Part shown: positions 17,433 to 24,971 of the stretch, piece after piece
Layout: each line of letters opens with the position of its first letter
Position numbering within the stretch: position 1 is the stretch's first letter
Assembly (NCBI GenBank): GCA_963750405.1
Contig: CAVVQP010000002.1
Span: 134,134-198,133, forward strand
Source of the DNA: an uncultured Actinomycetota bacterium
GTDB lineage: Bacteria; Actinomycetota; Actinomycetes; Streptosporangiales; Streptosporangiaceae
DNA length: 64,000 nt
Direction: 5' to 3'
Notes under the pieces: generated by a model
What the model was told of the DNA's origin: nothing
Seen by the model: only the letters and a program-made list of their open reading frames with translations
Database searches by the model: none
Program-made: the position numbers and the translations under genes

Positions 17433-18094
17433 TCGAGGAGTTTCCTACTCCATGTTCGGGTTTCCTGGCCGCGATTGACGGCCCTGTCGGCGTGGGCAAG
17501 ACCACCGTCGCGGCCTTAGTTCGTGCTAGCTTCGACGACCTTGGCCTTGCCGTATTAGTGACGAGCCAGCCGTCGGACTCGGCTCTGGGGACACTTGCCC
17601 GAGCTTCCACTTACGACCTGCACGGGTTACCGCTGAGCCTCCTCATGGCGGCTGACCGGTATCACCACCAAGATCATGTTATTGTCCCGGCGCTGCGGGC
17701 TGGCCAAGTCGTGCTGTGCGACCGGTACGTGACCACGGCGCTTGTCCTTGATCAAATGGACGGCGGAGATCCCGAGTACATCTGGAGTATTTACCGGTAC
17801 TTGCACTGGGCGGATCTGGCGGTCATCCTCACTGGTGATCCGACTGTCTGCCGGGCGCGCGCCGCTGACCGTGGAATCTACAGCCGCTTCCATGAGGGTG
17901 GCGCTAATCAGGGAAAGCGCGAAGCGGCGCTTTACGCTCGCGCAGCCGACTTGTTGGCTGGCCATGGATATCCCGTACAGGTAATCGACATCGGCGACCG
18001 TTCCGCTGCTCAGGTTAGCGAGGCCGTGGTCCGGCTAATCCGAGACCGCATGACGACCATCTCGAACACGGCGATAAAGGAGGACCTGCGATGA
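17429..18094 (+). CDS. Thymidylate-kinase-like (Tmk family) nucleotide kinase
   Basis: It has a P-loop IDGPVGVGKTT, LLMAADRYHH, a DRY motif (CDRYVTT) and a lid-like RARAADRGIYSRFHEGG. The 221-aa ORF overlaps the next gene by ATGA. Confidence 0.8.
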   Translation: MIEEFPTPCSGFLAAIDGPVGVGKTTVAALVRASFDDLGLAVLVTSQPSDSALGTLARASTYDLHGLPLSLLMAADRYHHQDHVIVPALRAGQVVLCDRYVTTALVLDQMDGGDPEYIWSIYRYLHWADLAVILTGDPTVCRARAADRGIYSRFHEGGANQGKREAALYARAADLLAGHGYPVQVIDIGDRSAAQVSEAVVRLIRDRMTTISNTAIKEDLR

Positions 18095-19404
18095 GGGTCG
18101 CATTGCTATATCCGGAGGTTTACGACATGGCGCGTTTCAAGGACAAGCGCAAAGAATTCCCTCCATTTGGCGTTCTGTACCTGGCGGCCGTCATCGAACT
18201 GGCCGGCCACGAAGTTGCGATCAAGGCTGTGACGCCCTCGCGTACCAGCTTGGATCTGAGTGGTTACGAGGCAGTCGGTTTAAGCCTGGCATCGTCGGCG
18301 ACATACGGCCTGATGCTCCGGGCCCGCCGTGAATCTTTATTCGCCGATAATGCCTTGATCATGGTTGGTGGCGTGCATTGTAATTTCTACCCGGAGTCCA
18401 GCCTGATCGACTTCGGCGCGGATCTGGCCGCCGACGGCGAGTCGGAGGAGACGATCTTAGAGATCCTTGAGCACGGAGCCCGACGTGAGTTTAGCGGCAT
18501 CCCTGGAATCTTGTGGCGTAGTCCGGATAAAGAGGTTCACCGCAATCCCGCTCGACCGCTACTGCGTGACATCGACCAGCTCCCGCTCCCGGCCCGTCAC
18601 CTTCTACCCGCCGAGCACGTAGTGCTGACCGACCGGTTGGCGGGCACCGATCTTCGAATGGCCCATGTCATGTTCAGCCGCGGCTGCCCATTTCCGTGCA
18701 GCTTCTGCGCGGCCGGTCAAACCCGCATCCAGTACCGGAGCGGGGTATCCGCGCAACTCGAACTTGAGCACCTCATCAGCGCCTACGGCATCGAGGGCTT
18801 TGCGATCGTCGACGACAACTTCATCGTCAACAAGACTAAGGTCGGCGATATCTGCGACCACATCACGGGCCTTGGCCTACGGTGGTCGGCGTTGTCGCGA
18901 GTCGACACCATCGATTCTCCGCTATTAGCCAAGATGGCAGGCTCCGGCTGCATCGAAGTCAAGTACGGGATGGAGTCCGGCAGCGAGCGATTGCTGAAGG
19001 CCATGCGGAAAAACACCAGCCGGGACCAGATCCGCCGCGCGGTTCACGCGACCGTTGCCGCGGGCATCGCGGCGAAAGTCTTTGTCATCCACGGATTCCC
19101 GGGCGAGAACGACCAGACAACCGATGACACCATCAGCTTGCTTGCCGAGCTTGCAGCGGACCTGGCCAGGGTGTCACTATTCCGTTTCGTGCCGCTGCCC
19201 GGTACGCAGGTGTACGCCAGGCCAGACGCATATGGGGTGACCGGCACCCATCTGCAGCCGGACTGGGACGGCGACTGGTCAGCCTTCCACATTCACCACA
19301 ATACACACCGATGGTGGGGAACCGATGCACAGTGGGCGGAGGTCGAATCCTCTTACCAGCGGCTTCGTGACTTCGTCGAGACGACCTGGGGGCCGCAAGG
19401 CTGA
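18091..19404 (+). CDS. B12-binding-domain radical SAM protein
   Basis: The N-terminal Rossmann-like segment (RVALLYPE...PPFGVLYLAAVIELAGHEVAI...IMVGGVH) is followed by the CxxxCxxC cluster SRGCPFPCSFCAAG and a TIM-barrel-type remainder (VDDNF...GMESGS...). Confidence 0.85.
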   Translation: MRVALLYPEVYDMARFKDKRKEFPPFGVLYLAAVIELAGHEVAIKAVTPSRTSLDLSGYEAVGLSLASSATYGLMLRARRESLFADNALIMVGGVHCNFYPESSLIDFGADLAADGESEETILEILEHGARREFSGIPGILWRSPDKEVHRNPARPLLRDIDQLPLPARHLLPAEHVVLTDRLAGTDLRMAHVMFSRGCPFPCSFCAAGQTRIQYRSGVSAQLELEHLISAYGIEGFAIVDDNFIVNKTKVGDICDHITGLGLRWSALSRVDTIDSPLLAKMAGSGCIEVKYGMESGSERLLKAMRKNTSRDQIRRAVHATVAAGIAAKVFVIHGFPGENDQTTDDTISLLAELAADLARVSLFRFVPLPGTQVYARPDAYGVTGTHLQPDWDGDWSAFHIHHNTHRWWGTDAQWAEVESSYQRLRDFVETTWGPQG

Positions 19405-19504
19405 TCATGCTGTCCGCTCGGCCAGGAACCATGTCCGCCATTGACACGCATCGGCTAGCCTGCCACGGGTGGCATCCCTGATCTCGATCGCACCCGGTCC
19501 GGCG

Positions 19505-20650
19505 ATGCTCATGCTGGATGAGCCGGCTGCCTCACGAACCTGGAACCGGATTCTCGTGCGGCAAGGCCTCGCCGACGCCTATCGCCTCAGCACCGCACCG
19601 CAGGTCGCCGACGCCGTCCTCGGACTGCACGCGGCACGACTGCCGTCCCCGTATGCGATCGTCGCAGCCCGGACGGGCGATCCTGCAGTGCCCACCAGCC
19701 TGTTCACTACCTCTGTACGGGAGTCATTACTGACCGTCCGGTGCATGCGTAAGACACTCCACGCGCTGCCGCTACCTCTCGCTGCCATCGCTCACGCTGC
19801 CACCCTCAAATTCCGTGATCGAGATGCCCGCCGCGCGGTGCTCAACGCCGGTCATGCCATGGCTACCGTCGAACGCAAGATCGGCCATCTGTGCGAACTC
19901 CTGCGCGACGGCCCGCTTTCACACCGTGTCATCGAATCGCACCTAGCCTCCCGCAGGGATGTCCAAGTCGGCCGGCTGGCCATCAAAGTCGCATGGGAGC
20001 GCGGGACTATCGCCTATGTCAACTCCACCACTTTCTGGAATCGGGAGGCCAGAACATTCGCCCTGACCTCATCCGCCTATCCCACGCTTGACCTTTCCGT
20101 TACCCGCGACCAGGCTGTGGCTAAACTGGTCACCGCTTACTTCGACCGATATGGACCGGCGACGGTTCGGGATGCCACCTGGTGGTCTGGACTGCCCGCG
20201 ACCGAGATCATGACGGCCCTGCTGACATGCGACCGCCCCGTCATCGCGGTCGCTACTCCATGGAGCGATGTTCCCTGCCTCATGTTCGCCGATCAAACGG
20301 AGAGCAGCGCCAGCAAGGCAACAACTACGGGAGTTCAGTTCCTCGCTCACGAGGACACCGCCCTCAAGGCCTACTTCCAGACTCGTCGGCGCTATCTGGG
20401 AGACCTGCCACAGCAGCAGGTCTTCAATCAGATTGGGGAGGCTCTGCCCACGATCATCATCGACGGCGGGGTGGCTGGCACCTGGTGGTGGAACGCTCGC
20501 ACCGCGAGCGTCGAGTTCGCTCTGGTGCCGGGTGAAGTCCGCCGACCAGTCCGGAGCGAGGTGAAGATCCGCGCCGCATCTCTGACCGAGACGCTGCGTG
20601 CAGCATGGACATCGGACCGGCCATCACGGCACACCGACCAGCGCCGATAA
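19505..20650 (+). CDS. Winged-helix HTH_42 (DUF1006; AlkZ/YcaQ-family) protein, catalytic motif apparently absent
   Basis: Family-typical segments are RQGL...V...LGL.A., RCMRKTLHALP, YFDRYGPATVRDATWWSGL and WWWN at the C-terminus. The start is taken at the ATG at 19505 within ORF 19469-20650. Confidence 0.7.
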   Translation: MLMLDEPAASRTWNRILVRQGLADAYRLSTAPQVADAVLGLHAARLPSPYAIVAARTGDPAVPTSLFTTSVRESLLTVRCMRKTLHALPLPLAAIAHAATLKFRDRDARRAVLNAGHAMATVERKIGHLCELLRDGPLSHRVIESHLASRRDVQVGRLAIKVAWERGTIAYVNSTTFWNREARTFALTSSAYPTLDLSVTRDQAVAKLVTAYFDRYGPATVRDATWWSGLPATEIMTALLTCDRPVIAVATPWSDVPCLMFADQTESSASKATTTGVQFLAHEDTALKAYFQTRRRYLGDLPQQQVFNQIGEALPTIIIDGGVAGTWWWNARTASVEFALVPGEVRRPVRSEVKIRAASLTETLRAAWTSDRPSRHTDQRR

Positions 20651-20748
20651 CTCAAACCGCGCCTCCCCAATAGCGCAATGGCAGATGCGGCTGACTGCTA
20701 GCGTCACAACTTCTACCTGACTCACCGAGCACGCGAGGTGACTACCGG

Positions 20749-21066
20749 ATGGAACCATTGAGCAGGGACACTTCCCTGCCCGGAATCCAAGATTATGTTG
20801 CCAGAATGGAGGCGGAACGCGGGCTGGACAAGCAGGACCTGGCGTCCCAGTGCCTCAAGCTCGGTGAAGAAGTCGGCGAGTTGTACCGGGCCGTCCGCAA
20901 ACTGCAAGGACAGCCCCAGGACCCGGGCGGGCGGACAGCCGATGTGGGAGACGAAGCCGTCGATGCGCTTATCCTTCTGATGTCGATCGTTAACCGATGC
21001 GGAATCAACCTGGAAGACGCCTTCCGCACGAAGGAAGCCCGCAACGAAACCCGCGTGTGGGTCTAG
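20749..21066 (+). CDS. MazG-like all-alpha nucleoside-triphosphate pyrophosphohydrolase
   Basis: LKLGEEVGELYRAVRK...VGDEAVDALILLMSIVNRCGINLEDAFRTKEARNETR carries the EExxE and ExxD metal-binding helices typical of small MazG/DR2231-type proteins. Confidence 0.7.
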   Translation: MEPLSRDTSLPGIQDYVARMEAERGLDKQDLASQCLKLGEEVGELYRAVRKLQGQPQDPGGRTADVGDEAVDALILLMSIVNRCGINLEDAFRTKEARNETRVWV

Positions 21067-21167
21067 GTAGCGTCGCCGGCCGATTACGGGCCGAGCCTGC
21101 GGGGGATAGCGTTGACAGGCGCGGTCGCCACGGGGGCTGGGGGGCTCAGTTGAGTTTCGCGCGGAAA

Positions 21168-23270
21168 ATGGCACAGTTCCCGGTCGGGCGCTGGACCAAG
21201 TGGCTCGTGCTCGGATTCTGGCTGGTCGTGATCGTCGTCGCGGGCCCGCTGGCCGGCAAGCTGACCGGTGCCGAGCAGAACCAGGCGAGAGCCTGGCTGC
21301 CCGCCAATGCCGAGTCGACGAAGGTCCTGGACGTGCAGTCACGCTTCCAGTCGCCCAACATCTATCCAGGGGTCATTGTCTACGCGCGGGCCTCGGGCCT
21401 GACCGCGGCCGACCGGGCCAAGGGCGCCGCCGACGCGCGAGAGTTCGCCCAGGTGCCTGGCATCCTCCCGCACCGGATAACAGGTCCGATCCTGTCGGCG
21501 GACGGCAAGGCAATGGAGACAGTGGTCCAGGTCAATCTGGGCCGCCAGGGATTCAACCGGGCGGCCACGGTCGCCAAGTCGGCGCTCGCGATCGCCCGGA
21601 TGGGGTCGAACGGGATGAGCGTTCACCTCACCGGGCCACTCGGCAACGCGGCCGACAACAACGCCGTCTTCAGCGGCATCGACAGCACGCTGCTGATCGC
21701 GGCCCTGGCGGTGGTCATCATCATCTTGCTGATCACCTACCGGAGCCCGGTGCTGTGGCTGCTGCCGGTGGTCTGCTCAGCCGTGTCGCTGATCGCCGCC
21801 CAGGCCCTGATCTACCTGCTCGCCGCCCACGCCGGCCTGACCGTCAACGCGCAAAGCGCGGGCATTCTCGATGTCCTGGTGTTCGGTGCCAGCACGGACT
21901 ACGCGCTCCTGATCGTCGCGCGTTACCGCGAGGAGTTGCGCCGCCACGACCGCCGTAGCGCGGCCATGGCCGAGGCGCTGCTGCGGGCAGGCCCGGCGGT
22001 CATCGCGAGCGCGTCCACCGTGATCATCGCGCTGCTGACCCTGCTCGTGGCGGAGCTCCAGTCCACCAAGGATCTCGGTCCGGTGCTGGCCCTCGGCGTC
22101 GCGGTGAGCCTGCTGGCGATGCTGACGCTGCTGCCGGCGCTGCTCGCGGCGTTCCCGAGGGGAGTGTTCTGGCCCTACCGGCCTGCCTATGGCTCGGCCG
22201 AGCCGACCACCCGAGGCCTCTGGGCGCGGGTTGGCTGGAGCATCGCCACCCGGCCCCGCGTCGTGTGGGTCACGGCCGCCGTGGTCCTCGGCGTGATGGC
22301 GCTCGGGCTGATCGGGCTGAAGGCCAGTGGCCTGACCAATGCGCAGTCCTTTCGCGGCCGGCCCGACTCCGTGGTCGGGGAGTCGGTGCTGGCCAGGCAC
22401 TTCCCCGCCGGAGCGGGTCAGCCCGTCATCGTGATCGGCAGGGCGGGCGCGGCGGCCCGGGTGCGCTCCGCGTTCGCCTCGACCCGGGGGATCGCGGCCG
22501 TGACGCCGCCGGTGACCAGGGCCGGCTTTGTCTACCTGCAGGGGACGCTGACCTCGCCGCCAGATAGCCAGGCGGCCTACACCACGATCGACCGGGCACG
22601 GTCCGCCGTGCACGCCGTGCCCGGTGCCGACGCCAAGGTGGGCGGTACCACGGCCATCAACCTGGACGTGATGCGAGCGTCCGCGCACGACCGCACGATC
22701 ATCATCCCGCTGATCCTGCTCGTGGTGCTCGTGATCCTCGGGCTGCTGTTGCGGTCGCTGGTCGCGTCAGTAGTGCTGACCGCGACGGTTGTCCTGTCGT
22801 TCGCCGCCGCGCTCGGCGTGAGTTCCCTGTTCTTTGACCACGTCTTCGGCTTCGGCGGCGCGGATACCGCCTTCCCGCTGTTCGTCTTCGTGTTCCTCGT
22901 CGCGCTCGGCATCGACTACAACATCTTCCTGATGACCCGGGTGCGGGAGGAAGCGGTCAGGCGGGACGCCAGGCACGGCGCCATCGTCGGCCTCGCCGCC
23001 ACCGGAGGAGTGATCACCTCGGCCGGATTCGTGCTGGCCGGCACGTTCGCCGTCCTCGCGACCATCCCGTCCACGTTCCTGACCGAATTGGGCTTCGCGG
23101 TCGCGTTCGGCATCCTGCTCGACACGATCGTCGTCCGTTCGGTTCTCGTCACTGCGCTCAACCTGGACCTGGGCCACCGGATGTGGTGGCCGAGCAAGCT
23201 GGCGCGCAAGTCAGATCCGGCACCTGAGCAGCTCAGCCGGGAACGCGCGGGGGCCCTGAGCCAGCGGTGA
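21168..23270 (+). CDS. MMPL-family (RND superfamily) membrane transporter
   Basis: 700 aa from the ATG at 21168. It shows two six-TM bundles separated by soluble domains. Typical strings include WLVLGFWLVVIVVAGPLAGKL, FGASTDYALLIVARYREEL and GIDYNIFLMTRVREE. Confidence 0.85.
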   Translation: MAQFPVGRWTKWLVLGFWLVVIVVAGPLAGKLTGAEQNQARAWLPANAESTKVLDVQSRFQSPNIYPGVIVYARASGLTAADRAKGAADAREFAQVPGILPHRITGPILSADGKAMETVVQVNLGRQGFNRAATVAKSALAIARMGSNGMSVHLTGPLGNAADNNAVFSGIDSTLLIAALAVVIIILLITYRSPVLWLLPVVCSAVSLIAAQALIYLLAAHAGLTVNAQSAGILDVLVFGASTDYALLIVARYREELRRHDRRSAAMAEALLRAGPAVIASASTVIIALLTLLVAELQSTKDLGPVLALGVAVSLLAMLTLLPALLAAFPRGVFWPYRPAYGSAEPTTRGLWARVGWSIATRPRVVWVTAAVVLGVMALGLIGLKASGLTNAQSFRGRPDSVVGESVLARHFPAGAGQPVIVIGRAGAAARVRSAFASTRGIAAVTPPVTRAGFVYLQGTLTSPPDSQAAYTTIDRARSAVHAVPGADAKVGGTTAINLDVMRASAHDRTIIIPLILLVVLVILGLLLRSLVASVVLTATVVLSFAAALGVSSLFFDHVFGFGGADTAFPLFVFVFLVALGIDYNIFLMTRVREEAVRRDARHGAIVGLAATGGVITSAGFVLAGTFAVLATIPSTFLTELGFAVAFGILLDTIVVRSVLVTALNLDLGHRMWWPSKLARKSDPAPEQLSRERAGALSQR

Positions 23271-23310
23271 TCAGCCCGCCGCGCGTGGGCAAGCTGCTAT
23301 ACGTCAATGC

Positions 23311-23658
23311 GTGACCATCGCAAGCTTGCAGCGGCAGTACAGGCAGTTCGTGGCCGAACGGGAGTGGGAGCAGTTCCAGAGCCCTAAAAACCTGGTCATG
23401 GCGCTGGCCGGGGAGACCGGCGAGCTCACCGAGATCTTCCAGTGGCTCACCGAGGAGCAGTCATCGGCTGTCATGGGCGACGAATCCCGCGCGGCCCAGG
23501 TGCGCGACGAACTCGCCGACGTCTTCGCCTACCTGATCAGGCTCGCCGACGTCCTCGGCGTAGACCTCGAGCAGGCCTTCGCCGAGAAGATGATCAAGAA
23601 CGCTCACAGGTACCCGATCGAGACGGCCCGAGGCAGTGCAGCTAAAGCAGTCCCTTGA
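23311..23658 (+). CDS. MazG-like nucleotide pyrophosphohydrolase (dCTPase/DCTPP1-like small type)
   Basis: FVAEREWEQFQSPKNLVMALAGETGELTEIFQW...VRDELADVFAYLIRLADVLGVDLEQAFAEKMIKNAHRYP is the characteristic sequence of this family. Confidence 0.8.
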   Translation: MTIASLQRQYRQFVAEREWEQFQSPKNLVMALAGETGELTEIFQWLTEEQSSAVMGDESRAAQVRDELADVFAYLIRLADVLGVDLEQAFAEKMIKNAHRYPIETARGSAAKAVP

Positions 23659-23747
23659 CCTGCGTGTGTCGGCAGGAGCGGGGTGACTGACAGTCGGGCG
23701 CGCAAGAATGTCCGGTGACCCCCGGCCGTTCGAGGAGCCCGACAGAC

Positions 23748-24971
23748 ATGAAGATCCTGCACACCAGCGACTGGCATGTTGGCAAGGTGCTCAAGGGCCG
23801 CGACCGGCACGACGAGCAGACGGCGGTGCTCGGCAGCATCGTCAGCACGGCCCGCGGCGAGGATGTCGACCTCGTGCTGGTGGCCGGCGACCTGTTCGAG
23901 ACCTCGGCGCCGACCGCGAAGTCGCAGGGGCTGGTCATGCGGACGCTGCTCGCGCTGCGCGAGGACGGCCGCCAGGTCGTGGTCATCGCGGGGAACCACG
24001 ACAACGCCGGCCTTATCGATTCCGTCTACCGGCCCGTGCTCGGGCAACTCGGGCTGACCGTGCTCGGCCTGCCTAAACGCCCGCAGTCGGGGGGCACCAC
24101 CGCGTTCACCCTCCGAAATGGCGAAGAGGTCAGGGTCGCGGCCTTGCCTTTCTTGTCACACCGGTTCGCCGTGCGGGCTGCCGAGATCGTGCTGCATGAG
24201 TTCGCTGAGCACACGCTCGACTACTCGCAGCGGGTTTCCGAGATCGTGCGGGCACTGACCGCCGGGTTCACCGACGACGCCGTGAACATAGTGATGGCGC
24301 ACGCCACGCTGCTCGGCGGGCGGCGCGGCGGCGGCGAGCGCGGCGTCCAGACCAGCCTGGATTACGAGCTGTCGGCCAGCATGTTCCCGGCCGCCGCGCA
24401 CTACGCCGCGCTCGGTCACCTGCACCGGCAGCAGGAGATCCCCGGCCCGTGCCCGATCTTCTACTCGGGATCGCCGCTGCCGGTCGACTTCGGCGAGGAG
24501 TCCAACGAGCCGGTCGTGCTGATCGTGTCGGCGGCGCCCGGCGTGCGGGCAGACGCCAGGCCGGTGCCGGTGGCCGGTGCCCGCCGGCTGCGGACGCTGC
24601 GGGGCACGCTCGACCAGGTGATCGCCGAGGCCGAGGCGCTCCAGGGCGGCGACGCGGAGGACGCATACCTGCGGGTGATCCTCGCCGAGCCCGCCCGCGC
24701 CGGGCTCGGCGACCTGGTCAGGGAGAAACTGCCGAACACGCTCGAGGTGCTGCTCGACGACGCGCACCGGCCGCGGCCTGGCGGGCGCGATGGCGGGGGA
24801 GGCGACCGGCCGAGCCGGGTGGGGAGGAGCCCGGCGCAGCTGTTCGGGGATTATCTAGGCGAGGAAGGCGTGGCCGACCCGCGGATCACGGCGATGTTCT
24901 CCCAGCTGCTCGACCAGGTGACCAGCGAGCCGGCCGACCTGGCCGCCGCCGACCTGGCGGGAGGTGCCTGA
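23748..24971 (+). CDS. sbcD: SbcD/Mre11-family nuclease
   Basis: It has MKILHTSDWHVG, LVAGDLFE, IAGNHD, MAHATL and GHLH calcineurin-like phosphoesterase motifs. Its stop overlaps the sbcC ATG (TGATG). Confidence 0.85.
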   Translation: MKILHTSDWHVGKVLKGRDRHDEQTAVLGSIVSTARGEDVDLVLVAGDLFETSAPTAKSQGLVMRTLLALREDGRQVVVIAGNHDNAGLIDSVYRPVLGQLGLTVLGLPKRPQSGGTTAFTLRNGEEVRVAALPFLSHRFAVRAAEIVLHEFAEHTLDYSQRVSEIVRALTAGFTDDAVNIVMAHATLLGGRRGGGERGVQTSLDYELSASMFPAAAHYAALGHLHRQQEIPGPCPIFYSGSPLPVDFGEESNEPVVLIVSAAPGVRADARPVPVAGARRLRTLRGTLDQVIAEAEALQGGDAEDAYLRVILAEPARAGLGDLVREKLPNTLEVLLDDAHRPRPGGRDGGGGDRPSRVGRSPAQLFGDYLGEEGVADPRITAMFSQLLDQVTSEPADLAAADLAGGA

